A stretch of DNA of 54,663 nucleotides from the NCBI GenBank assembly GCA_903924715.1, contig CAIYCP010000321.1, positions 1 to 54,663 on the forward strand, read 5' to 3'. The translations under genes and the position numbers were made by a program. The notes beneath the pieces are model-generated. The model was not told the origin of the DNA. It saw nothing but the letters and a program-made list of their open reading frames with translations, and made no database searches. Positions within the stretch are counted from its first letter, which is position 1; every line of letters begins with the position of its first letter. Source of the stretch: an uncultured beta proteobacterium. GTDB taxonomy: Bacteria > Pseudomonadota > Gammaproteobacteria > Burkholderiales > Burkholderiaceae_B. This document shows, one piece after another, positions 45,101-52,954 of this stretch.

Positions 45101-46953
45101 CTGTTGCCGATCATGCCCGCGACGCTCGCTACACCTGAGTTGACAGCGCCCATGAGAGCAGCCGTGCCAACGTTGCCGCCTCTGACAGCAGCAACAACAG
45201 AGCTAGAAATAGCTGAGTTAATAGCTTTCTGAATGCTTGGGTCTGTAATTCCCGCGCCATTTAATATGTCTGCAGTGCCTGCAGGGATAAGATTTGCAAC
45301 CGTAGCGCTTAAAGCGCCGCTAATTGCTGCTTGTACGGGATCTTTCCCAGTTGCCGCTGCAATCGCTGTTGCAATAGCTGTTTGCGTACCGATCTGAGCG
45401 AGTACGCCACCGCCCAACAAACTAGAGCCAACAGCGCCTGCCCCGCCCGTGACTGCGCCGAGTGCGCCTGCTTTTAAAATGTCTGATGGGCTACCACCCT
45501 GAGCTGCTGTGACAGCCGCATTGATTGCAGCAGTCTTAGCTGCTTGTGTTGCTGCTGCTGCTAAATCAATACCGCCTGAGGATACCGGCATTGAAGCGGG
45601 CAACACATCAAAGTTCATTAAGTTCGATGCGCCAACATCTGTTAAAGCACCAGTAGCAGTCGTTGCAGCACTTGCTCCCGCACCAACGTCTCCGCCATAC
45701 TCAGCAGCCAAAGCCGCAAATTGCGCAGGCGTCATACCAGCATCAGCCGCGGCTGAGGCAATTTGCGCTGCCGCCTCGCCTGCTGCCATCTCGCCTGCAA
45801 GGTACGGTGCTGCAACCGTTGCAACGACCATTGCTGCGTGAATGCCTAAACTGCGCCAATCTGCGCCAACGTCACGCTGTGACTCACGCGCTGTATAAAC
45901 TGAAGAGCCCGGTACGGCTTTTAATTCATTTGCCGTGTGCCAAGTGTAGTCATTCGTCTGCATAGACTGACCAGTCGTGCCAAACCATGCTGCTAATTTG
46001 CCGGTATTTGGGTCAAAATATTGTGTTGGTAAACCTTCGTAATAACCGCCACGTTTTAAACCTTTTTCATCAAAACCAATTACACCTTGTTGAAACTTAG
46101 TGTTGACATCCGCATTCGGGTCAAGAAACGGCATGTTCTTTTTTATAAATTCGTCTGATGACGTAAAACCTTTTTGCAAATTTTCAAGCGTAAGTGAACC
46201 GTCTTTTAATTGCTGATCATATGTTGCAATCTCAGTCTTACTGGGGTCTCGACCTAACAAGCCTTTGTACAGGTTAGTAATCTCTGTGCTGTAACCAGTA
46301 ATGCCTTTGTTTAATTTATTTAAATCAACAGCCTCACCCGTATCTGGGTTGATGTAACGAGTTAGTGTTCCGTTCTCATCATTAACGGCTCTTAAATTGG
46401 CAACAGTTCGATTGCCCTGCATAAGCGTGTTAGTGCCATCGCCAGATGAGTTAATTGAATACAGTGAATCTTGCGCTGTCGGTAACGCACCGCCACCTGT
46501 GTTATCACCGCCACCAGTTGGCGATAATCCGTAAGACTGACCCTCAGGGCTCGCTCTAAGCTCAGCCCGAATTTGCTCACCAGTCATGCCTTGATTAAGT
46601 TGATTAGTGAATGTCGCCATACCGCTCGGATCGGCTTGCCGACCAAACGTTTGTTGATAAATATCGTTGACGGTTTGAGTCCAGTTAGAGCCGCCCGGTT
46701 GCTGATTAGAGTCGCTCGCTTGCTGATAAAAGCCCGGATCAACAACCGGCTGCGGGTTACCACCCCCTGAGTCAGCAACAGGTAGCGCACCCATTGACTG
46801 ACCTTCAGGGCTTGAGCGAAGCGCCTCGCGCATCTGCTCACCGGTCATGCCTTGGTTGAGCGCGTCCGTAAAGCTAGCCATGCCGCTCTCGTCAGCCTGC
46901 CTGCCGAACTCTTGCTGATAGATATCGTTGACTGTCTGTGTCCAATCGCTCAT
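42166..46953 (-). CDS. Very large internal virion protein: N-terminal DUF4214-like repeats, Ala-rich core, Pro-rich linker, conserved C-terminal SDSI/GEYV domain
   Basis: Likely start ATG 46953 (ATGA overlap); repeats IYQQ.FGR.AD..G..SPEG; C-term GGGDGQSDSIKAMLADGEYVM. Confidence 0.75.
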   Translation of the reverse strand: MSDWTQTVNDIYQQEFGRQADESGMASFTDALNQGMTGEQMREALRSSPEGQSMGALPVADSGGGNPQPVVDPGFYQQASDSNQQPGGSNWTQTVNDIYQQTFGRQADPSGMATFTNQLNQGMTGEQIRAELRASPEGQSYGLSPTGGGDNTGGGALPTAQDSLYSINSSGDGTNTLMQGNRTVANLRAVNDENGTLTRYINPDTGEAVDLNKLNKGITGYSTEITNLYKGLLGRDPSKTEIATYDQQLKDGSLTLENLQKGFTSSDEFIKKNMPFLDPNADVNTKFQQGVIGFDEKGLKRGGYYEGLPTQYFDPNTGKLAAWFGTTGQSMQTNDYTWHTANELKAVPGSSVYTARESQRDVGADWRSLGIHAAMVVATVAAPYLAGEMAAGEAAAQIASAAADAGMTPAQFAALAAEYGGDVGAGASAATTATGALTDVGASNLMNFDVLPASMPVSSGGIDLAAAATQAAKTAAINAAVTAAQGGSPSDILKAGALGAVTGGAGAVGSSLLGGGVLAQIGTQTAIATAIAAATGKDPVQAAISGALSATVANLIPAGTADILNGAGITDPSIQKAINSAISSSVVAAVRGGNVGTAALMGAVNSGVASVAGMIGNSQVVQDLKASVSDTLSSTVDSIKYEIGATNAQALPVEGSNRANVGTELDTQTQPDVLNSIFQQDAQDAMNRNMPAAPPLVQAAINQNTSNPDELNQFFSNYTPNVGAPLGTVANAATSDANPPALSSGDEYVYYKDAQGNEVYGPRSMAPNIVETSPSQSGLATFGQGVASALDNTVGAILPTVAQMASYLGLRTGDQIAELTASLIGKDYQANPELMREISNRVAEAISNPFGKAFGVTNTPGYAGEASGQVLRFINENLDKGADYLSEKTGLPAGDIRLMTDAILMRPGTALSTAREAGAAVKDVGRGYADAATGIVNESPTGAYNLGASVADLTRAPDTSLMRGDSPTRNINLGEIIDEAPSYVSPERLSAPAPALGYSPTEVAAAPRDVASIFNDAFDAADRIPTYDVRPQPTAMPATQLAPESRGALPTTFAEPAIRPIDLGPNINSDTALSIVAEGRTLDQAISKGLTPELQNQAKSYIDNTYTQVADKPPSSISSAFFDDIFFSGAGSEKTTKAISDAVNNPAASPEVILKQVDEATSQLQNLDEQLPAKLAMLSNASKLGITPAEAIKLGLLNNNGTKTELGEKVSPEPQPQPQPQPQPQPQPQPRPQPRPQPQPKPYPEPVAPLTPVKPALPVKPPLPPIPTPPGVNPPPPGVNPVNPVVNPTVNPVNPPAIDVNPPIPTSPPLVQAAITPPTATPKVAAPATTMTPSYMYGTGTQGTTIGALPGNLQATFLQGANVKEYNPFENYNQYQQLGMPAPIHAAQGGSPLQLAQMQQSVAGIDPSLYSVLQKRQAPNYFTYGADTSGGSPTTFAGSQLMGKPTPGIPVIPTGQKAGSDWLYQGSGTNPLAMAGTGIPSLPGGMMAKGGQAHEGGEGEHIPEFVTGATGHYVRGGGDGQSDSIKAMLADGEYVMDSSAVSTLGNGSSDAGAKLLDAFRESLREHTRSAPADKIPPKASPLMYMQEAMKKVGMK
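43217..43320 (-). repeat. Hexanucleotide tandem repeat encoding (PQ)n
   Basis: ggctga/ggctgt repeats giving PEPQPQPQPQ...PRPQPKP. Confidence 0.85.
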
Positions 46954-47183
46954 GGATTTATACTCATAATGCCAACAAGTGAAGCCGCCCAATCTTTCCA
47001 TTCAGCAAAGCTGCGACTGTCGGGAATGTTTGAGCTCATAAAGTAACCGTTGCCGGCCATGCCGTCGCCCCACTCGCGCCACTTGTCCTCGGTGACCACG
47101 CCTAGTTGTTGGGGCGCAAACAGCTCATTCATGAGCGAGCACCATGACTCCCAGGTGTGGCCGCGAGGGTCGTAAGTAACCAT
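46950..47183 (-). CDS. Small Trp-rich virion-module protein
   Basis: ATG 47183 in TAATG overlap; DPRGHTWESW..WREW..F.EWKDWA. Confidence 0.7.
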   Translation of the reverse strand: MVTYDPRGHTWESWCSLMNELFAPQQLGVVTEDKWREWGDGMAGNGYFMSSNIPDSRSFAEWKDWAASLVGIMSINP

Positions 47184-48952
47184 TATGGGTTGCCCGTTGA
47201 GCGCATGTCGCCCACGTCTGCTGAGAGCAGGTTCAGGCCGCACTCGTAGTTACCGTTCACGACGTTGCTCTCAAAGCGCAGGCGCATCTCTCGACGCTGC
47301 TCGCGTATGTCAATCTTGAGCGTTGTGGGTGAGAACACATAAGGTGCGCTTACCTGATCCTCGTCCGATGCGTAGCCCTTGCCGGTGACGTACAGGTTCA
47401 TGTCACCAGACTGCACGAAGTCGGGCTCAACGCGCTCGAGCCTGATGTAGTTGTTCATGCCAACGGGATCGTTTTGGTTTGGACCACCGTTGACCCAACC
47501 AATACTGTCTGTCTCAAAATAGCTCTGAATGGCGCTTTGTTGGCTCAGGTTCACAAGATCTGTGCCCGTCTCATGCTGCCAAAGCGTGTACTTGTTTGAT
47601 GCGTTGGTCTCGGTGCCTGCCCAGATGGGCTTGCGAAACACCTCAGAGAATGTGCCGGCCGAGCGGTTCGCGCCACGCGCCTCGCCCGCGTCGTACCAAA
47701 CCTTGTCGCGCACGTTAAAGATGATTGCGTCTGTGCACTCTGTGGCGTCGCCCTTAGGGTAGAACCACCAAATCTCACCCCAACGGGGGATCTTCGTTGC
47801 CCACACTTTTTGGCGTTGGTTGTAGTTTAAGTTATCAAAAAAGTAATTGATGTTCATGTTGTTGGCGACTTCGCTCACAACGCCGTTGTACATCAAGAAG
47901 CGATCGACACCACACCAAAAGAACATGCCGTCGTACTCAATCACGCTCGATGATGACAGGATAGAGCTCTGGCTTGTTACGATGTCGTAGCGCCAGTAGA
48001 TCGTGCTTGTGCCAACCGTTGTGGGCGCGTAGCTCACGCGAATGAGCGAGTCAAGCGACCAAAACAAGCCAGACGGCGCAGTCGTGCCGCCCCTGACGGG
48101 TAAGCCCTTAACGATCTTGCCTGCAGAGACCGTGTTCTCGTTTGAATCAGCCGAGACCCAATCTTGAAAGTTACCTGCCGAGCAGTTCTTGATCAGCCCG
48201 TTATTACCATACACAAAAAGGTACGGGTGGAGCATCACGCAGCCACCCGAGACGCTGATGTTGTTATTGAACGTAAGCGTCAAAACGCCTGACGTAGAAA
48301 CCGTATTGGAGAGCGTTACCGTCGTGGTGCTTGCGCCCACAACAACAACCGAAACTGTTGTATTAGCAGGCACGCCCGTGCCTGTGACTGTCTGACCAAT
48401 TGCAATCAGTGCGTTAACAGAGTTGATCGTAAACACGCTCGGTGGGCCAATGACCATTGTGCCAGCAGCCGTGAAGATGCCAACCTGAGTCATCGCACCG
48501 CCTGGGAAGTCACCAACCAGAACCGGGGTGTTTATCGTATTGTCGATGTGAGTAAGGTTTAGCCCTGGGTGCGCAATAATCTTCTGGGTGCCTGAGCCGC
48601 CAGAGTCAAAGCCAATGTCCATCTGCCATAAATTCACGGGGTTTGACGTAAAACTGCTCAGAGAGATGTTTGTTGGACCTGCGCCCACACCGTCATCGTC
48701 GTCAGTTTGCCACTCTTGCAGGCCGTCGCTCCAACCAGAGTAGACGTAGTTCAAGCCGTTCTCTGAGTTTAGGATCATGCCACGGCTAATGCCCGAGGCG
48801 TTTTGAAAGATGCCCTTATAGCCGCCAATCTTGCGCGGCCGGCCACGCTGAAAGCGCACCCACTTGCCATCAACGTAGACAGGCGCGTCAAACAGCGTAC
48901 CGTCGCGCTGAATGCCAGGCTTGATGTTTAGCGAGATGACTTTAGCGGTCAA
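47183..48952 (-). CDS. Putative tail nozzle/DNA-stabilisation protein (P22 gp10-like role)
   Basis: IKPGIQRDGT..VRFQRGRPRKIGG; beta-propeller-like; EIWWFYP; precedes the ejection genes. Confidence 0.6.
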   Translation of the reverse strand: MTAKVISLNIKPGIQRDGTLFDAPVYVDGKWVRFQRGRPRKIGGYKGIFQNASGISRGMILNSENGLNYVYSGWSDGLQEWQTDDDDGVGAGPTNISLSSFTSNPVNLWQMDIGFDSGGSGTQKIIAHPGLNLTHIDNTINTPVLVGDFPGGAMTQVGIFTAAGTMVIGPPSVFTINSVNALIAIGQTVTGTGVPANTTVSVVVVGASTTTVTLSNTVSTSGVLTLTFNNNISVSGGCVMLHPYLFVYGNNGLIKNCSAGNFQDWVSADSNENTVSAGKIVKGLPVRGGTTAPSGLFWSLDSLIRVSYAPTTVGTSTIYWRYDIVTSQSSILSSSSVIEYDGMFFWCGVDRFLMYNGVVSEVANNMNINYFFDNLNYNQRQKVWATKIPRWGEIWWFYPKGDATECTDAIIFNVRDKVWYDAGEARGANRSAGTFSEVFRKPIWAGTETNASNKYTLWQHETGTDLVNLSQQSAIQSYFETDSIGWVNGGPNQNDPVGMNNYIRLERVEPDFVQSGDMNLYVTGKGYASDEDQVSAPYVFSPTTLKIDIREQRREMRLRFESNVVNGNYECGLNLLSADVGDMRSTGNP

Positions 48953-50175
48953 AATGTGCCCCCTGAGATACCGACAGGAATCAAGAACCCCGTAGCTGTG
49001 AGCGTCGCTGCGTTTGCTGCGTTTAGAGCAAAGCCGATCTGGTTCGTCGCAGGCTGATAAATACCCGTACTCGTGTTGCCTGAAAAGTTCAGTGAAGGCG
49101 CGGCGGCCGAGCCCGAGTTAATCGTGAGCGTCGTGACCGTACCGCCCGAGGCCGAGCTCGAGTTGTAGATGTTTGTGCCGTCACAGACAACCGTCAAGGT
49201 TTGACCCTGCGCGACCGTCACCGTTGCCGCGCCGACCGATGAGGTCTTAAAAGTCAGCGAGTACGCGCCAGTCGTCTGATTGTTTAGGTAATAGATCTGA
49301 ACCGTTGAGGGCAGCACGATGATCTGGTTTGAGGTGAGCGCACCGTAATACTCTTGCACGACGTTGGCGTACTCGACCGCTGTAAGGGTCGTAGTGCCGC
49401 CCGTAACAGTCTTGGCTAGTTGGGTATAGGCGAACGCGTTTGAGCGCCCGTAGGCGAACGTGGAGTAGCCGTTGATACCGTTTGAGACGATGACCAACGA
49501 CTCAGTGAGTTGGAGCTGCTGCGTGGCGGCTGAGTCAATCGTGTCTGTGCCGCTTGGGGTAAGGGTTAGGATCCCCGTGCCGCCGTTGCGCACCATGACA
49601 AACCAACCGTTGCCGACCGTAGACGCCGTGGGCAGTGTGATCGTGCCCACCCCGCCTGCCCAGACTAAGAACTGAGCGCGGTATGTTGAGTTTAATAAAA
49701 CACTTGAGAAGATTGAGCTTTCAGAATATTGCTGGTTAAGCGTCGTGCTAATTGCCGTTAGACCATATCCCGCCAAGGCCGCGGCGTTCGCCGCCGAAGT
49801 ACCCGCACCAAACGTAACACTAGACCAAGTACCATTGTTTGTAGAGTTGTTCGTTAAGAAGATGTATTGAGCGACGCCTGAGGCAATTGAGACAATTGTG
49901 GCACCAGAGATATTTGTGACTGTGAACGGGTTTGAGCCAACGTTCTGAATCAGCACGCTCTGACCCGTGCTTACCTGCAGCGCAGAGGGCAGGCTCAAAG
50001 ACAGGCTAGCGACAGTGGCCGTAACCTGGATGATTGAGGCGACAACGTTTGTGTTGGTTGTGCCGTTAATTGGCCAGTCGAGCGCCGTGTTTGCAGAGAT
50101 GGTCAGCGACTCATAGCCGATTTGACTCGGGTTGATGGTCTGACCCGTGATCGGGTTGACGTAGGTGTTGGTCAT
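48949..50175 (-). CDS. Tail fibre/spike-attachment protein
   Basis: T/S/G-rich; ITLPTASTVGNGWF; GSAAAPSLNF..TGIY; ends ISGGTF. Confidence 0.65.
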   Translation of the reverse strand: MTNTYVNPITGQTINPSQIGYESLTISANTALDWPINGTTNTNVVASIIQVTATVASLSLSLPSALQVSTGQSVLIQNVGSNPFTVTNISGATIVSIASGVAQYIFLTNNSTNNGTWSSVTFGAGTSAANAAALAGYGLTAISTTLNQQYSESSIFSSVLLNSTYRAQFLVWAGGVGTITLPTASTVGNGWFVMVRNGGTGILTLTPSGTDTIDSAATQQLQLTESLVIVSNGINGYSTFAYGRSNAFAYTQLAKTVTGGTTTLTAVEYANVVQEYYGALTSNQIIVLPSTVQIYYLNNQTTGAYSLTFKTSSVGAATVTVAQGQTLTVVCDGTNIYNSSSASGGTVTTLTINSGSAAAPSLNFSGNTSTGIYQPATNQIGFALNAANAATLTATGFLIPVGISGGTF

Positions 50176-50183
50176 AGTTACCT

Positions 50184-50813
50184 CTAAGAGTCCACAGCGA
50201 TTGCTGAGCGGTCACCCACGCGAGTCACGTCCTCGGCTTTAAGCGCCTGCATTGCCATGTCGTACTTTTGTTGGAATATTTGACGTGCATCGTCTTTTAG
50301 GTATATCACCGCCTGCAAGAGTGCTCCAAAGAGCATCGCGTTGGGGGCGTTGTTTGTGATCCAGTTCGTTTGATTTGCTGAGGACAGGGGCTGCAGGCGC
50401 TGATAAATCAGCACCTCAAAGGCGTATGCTTGGTCAGGGCTAGGCGACACAAACCAGTTGTCGTAGTCGTAATCCGCGTAATACAGAGGCAAGCCGTTCG
50501 CGCTCTCTGCGCTATAGTTGGTCAAATACTCATACTTACGTAAGAATACTGGCGTCTTCTCGCCGTTCGAGGTGACCGACATTGACACGGTTTTACGCCA
50601 TCGAGCGGGCTTTTGAATGATCGGGTTACCCACCGACATCACGCCTTGCGCGACTTCGATCTGGCCAAGCGTCTTGATCTGCTGAGCGATTTCAAACTCA
50701 GCCAGCGTGATAAAGACTGGAATTTGAGAGACGACGGCAGCGTCATTACGCTCGAGATACTGCTCGATCGTTGTGACTAAGTTGTCGTAGGTTAGAACAA
50801 AGCTCGCGGTCAT
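50184..50813 (-). CDS. Putative head-tail adaptor (tail tubular protein A-like)
   Basis: TYDNLVTTIEQYLER..IPVFITLAE..PSPDQAY..TNWITNNAPNAMLFGAL; likely start ATG 50813. Confidence 0.65.
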   Translation of the reverse strand: MTASFVLTYDNLVTTIEQYLERNDAAVVSQIPVFITLAEFEIAQQIKTLGQIEVAQGVMSVGNPIIQKPARWRKTVSMSVTSNGEKTPVFLRKYEYLTNYSAESANGLPLYYADYDYDNWFVSPSPDQAYAFEVLIYQRLQPLSSANQTNWITNNAPNAMLFGALLQAVIYLKDDARQIFQQKYDMAMQALKAEDVTRVGDRSAIAVDS

Positions 50814-50906
50814 AGCGCCACCCACAAAAGTGAATTTGAGTGCGTTTTATCCCAAAGCGCTTGAATTGACATTTTAGCCTTTATCTTACTAATTTAAAAC
50901 ACCAAT

Positions 50907-51443
50907 TTACCCGAGCATTGAGATTGCCTTGACCTTGACTGCCGCCGCACGGTTAAGCCAACCCGTGCCGTAGACGGAAAAAGAATCAAGGCTGCGGTAA
51001 AACGCCTCTTTCTCTTGGCTAAACTTTTCAATGAGTTCAACAGGGTCAGCCGCCCAAACAGCAGCCATTGTGATCGGTCCTAGTCCACCGTCAGCAGGCG
51101 CGCCTACGGCGGCTTGCAACAACATGATGGAACGGCCTGGGCCCGCATTGACCCCCATATCAAAAACTAAATAATCAATTCCACTTTTTAGTTCGTCAGC
51201 ACGAACAACGTCCCAGTACTTCTTCTTGTACAGGGGTTCAACGTCAGCAGGGGTTAGCTTACGCATATCGTCGTGAGTGACCTGATGCCCAACGTGTGCT
51301 TCCCAGTTGTACTGAGTCACGCCAAGCATAGTCGAGCCTTTACGACCATCGGGCAACCAATTACCTTTGTCATGTTCGTCATCACTGAAGCCGCCCTCAG
51401 ACTCAAGCATCAGGTCAAAGGCTCGTTTCCAATTACTTTGCAT
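50907..51443 (-). CDS. Endolysin, glycoside hydrolase family 108 with peptidoglycan-binding C-terminus
   Basis: ESEGGF..D.G..T.LGVT; YWD, FDMGVNAGP, DGGLGPIT, GWLNR. Confidence 0.9.
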   Translation of the reverse strand: MQSNWKRAFDLMLESEGGFSDDEHDKGNWLPDGRKGSTMLGVTQYNWEAHVGHQVTHDDMRKLTPADVEPLYKKKYWDVVRADELKSGIDYLVFDMGVNAGPGRSIMLLQAAVGAPADGGLGPITMAAVWAADPVELIEKFSQEKEAFYRSLDSFSVYGTGWLNRAAAVKVKAISMLG

Positions 51444-51849
51444 TTGTTATACTCCGTACCCAGTTCTGTAACTCGGTCAGTTGGAGCGTGGTTTCAGCAC
51501 ACTGTCCAGCAGGTACTGTGTCGGCGGTGGCTGCATTAGGGCAGGTGGCGGGCTTGGAAACGGTGGGCACACTACCGCTACTGGTGTTGAGCTGCACCCG
51601 CTCAGAATAGTAACTATGCACAGCACTAAGACGAGCTTCATATTGATTTGCGATTGAAGTTGTAATAGTTTCATGTTCCTTGGCCTTTGCTTGGTTGATG
51701 ACTTCTTGTGCTTTGCCGACCGCGGCAACTTCGGCTTGATAAGCCACTAGCTTTTTATGCTCGTGGTTCCAGCCCATAAAGTACATAACAGCGCAAAGGG
51801 CTAGGGCTGCGCCGATTTTAATCAGTAAAGTACTAGGTATTGGAAACAT
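51433..51849 (-). CDS. Inner-membrane spanin (Rz-like)
   Basis: N-terminal TM, coiled coil, C-term C..TLQL..LQNWV; contains an out-of-frame lipoprotein gene. Confidence 0.75.
   Translation of the reverse strand: MFPIPSTLLIKIGAALALCAVMYFMGWNHEHKKLVAYQAEVAAVGKAQEVINQAKAKEHETITTSIANQYEARLSAVHSYYSERVQLNTSSGSVPTVSKPATCPNAATADTVPAGQCAETTLQLTELQNWVRSITNAK
51477..51641 (-). CDS. Outer-membrane lipoprotein spanin (Rz1-like), fully embedded
   Basis: ATG 51641: MKLVLVLCIVTILSG/C lipobox then Pro-rich CPPFPSPPPALMQPPP. Confidence 0.8.
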   Translation of the reverse strand: MKLVLVLCIVTILSGCSSTPVAVVCPPFPSPPPALMQPPPTQYLLDSVLKPRSN

Positions 51850-52064
51850 TACGTTGGCTCCGCATCTTTTTTAGCCCAGACAGACGCACCGCCTGCGCCA
51901 GAGACGATACCTAACGACTCAGCAAGCTCTCTCAAGCTCACAGCGCCATGCATAACCACTTGATAGCCCGCAACCAATAACACCGCCACAAGGCTGATTA
52001 ACCATGCCACACGGGCTATGTCGTAGGTCTGGTTGTCTTTGCCTGTGAGCAAGTGTTTGATCAT
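51849..52064 (-). CDS. Putative holin
   Basis: 71 aa, two hydrophobic segments, charged C-term, in the lysis cassette. Confidence 0.6.
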   Translation of the reverse strand: MIKHLLTGKDNQTYDIARVAWLISLVAVLLVAGYQVVMHGAVSLRELAESLGIVSGAGGASVWAKKDAEPT

Positions 52065-52315
52065 TTATCAGCCTTTGCATCAATTTTGTCGTAAAGTCGG
52101 GCAATCATCTGCTCAAGGCGATCAAAACGCTTTTCCATGTCGCCACGCAGGGTATCGACTTCAGACTTCTTAACGTAGGTTTCGCTCACATGCAAGCGCA
52201 AATCACCGATGTCTGCCTTGAGTTCTTTGACAGAATCCCATAGTTGACGAGCAAACCAGCCGACTACAGCTAAAGCTGCTCCGCCACCAAGATTTATGAC
52301 ATTCTGCCAGTCCAT
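52061..52315 (-). CDS. Membrane-anchored coiled-coil protein (holin/antiholin-like)
   Basis: N-terminal TM then YVKKSE..FDRLE..KIDAKADK. Confidence 0.6.
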   Translation of the reverse strand: MDWQNVINLGGGAALAVVGWFARQLWDSVKELKADIGDLRLHVSETYVKKSEVDTLRGDMEKRFDRLEQMIARLYDKIDAKADK

Positions 52316-52446
52316 TATTCTGCCTCTTGCGCTTTAACTTTCGCTGCTTCAGCTTGGATAGCTGTGATTAAGTTAACCACCTCAACATACGGTCTGTTGC
52401 CAAGGTAGCTCAGTACTGCGTTAATGAGTTCAGTTGAGATGTTCAT
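52315..52446 (-). CDS. 43-aa hypothetical protein
   Basis: Hand translated MNISTELINAVLSYLGNRPYVEVVNLITAIQAEA; overlaps both neighbours. Confidence 0.7.
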   Translation of the reverse strand: MNISTELINAVLSYLGNRPYVEVVNLITAIQAEAAKVKAQEAE

Positions 52447-52952
52447 GGTGTTCCAACATAGTCAGGGTCATTTGCCCATTGCACAGGAGGGAGTGCAGCT
52501 AACTGAGCAACAGTTGTACAAGCGTTAATTGCTGCAACGTAGTCAGCAGCCTGTGTGCGAATGGTTTGCCTCCAAGTGTTCCATGCGGGTGCTACTGTAC
52601 CGCCGGTTTCTACAGCTTTGACCACCATCCAATCTGAGGAAAGCAGGATTGAGTAGGCAGCAGCGTTTGTTGCATCCACGGCTTGCGTTTGGCATTGGGC
52701 TAGGTCTTTAGGCGTAGCGGTGTAGTTAATCTCAACAACCGTGCCGGTGTAGACAGGTGCGTCTTGTGATATCCAGTAATAGACATCTGAGGGCTGTGAG
52801 CCGTACACCACATCAACCATGCCGATAGCTGCCTTTTCTTCGGGGCTAGACAGGTTGCACCAGTTTTGTGGATACTGGATTGAATCCCACTCAAAGGCTG
52901 TGCCAGCGGGTACTAGGAGGGCGATTACGCCGTTAGAGATGATTGCAAACAT
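52443..52952 (-). CDS. Tail fibre assembly chaperone-like protein
   Basis: QYPQNW..EKAAIG; LLSSDWMVVK..WNTWRQTIR..W; follows the LamG/SPRY gene. Confidence 0.7.
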   Translation of the reverse strand: MFAIISNGVIALLVPAGTAFEWDSIQYPQNWCNLSSPEEKAAIGMVDVVYGSQPSDVYYWISQDAPVYTGTVVEINYTATPKDLAQCQTQAVDATNAAAYSILLSSDWMVVKAVETGGTVAPAWNTWRQTIRTQAADYVAAINACTTVAQLAALPPVQWANDPDYVGTP

Positions 52953-52954
52953 AA

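Noticed and set aside
42166-46953. Tape-measure protein
   Set aside because: No tail tube, terminator or chaperone frameshift genes nearby; the context (nozzle-like gene then ejection-like genes) fits an internal virion protein
50866-50894. Plus-strand TTGACA promoter antisense to the endolysin
   Set aside because: No convincing -10 hexamer at 16-18 nt spacing
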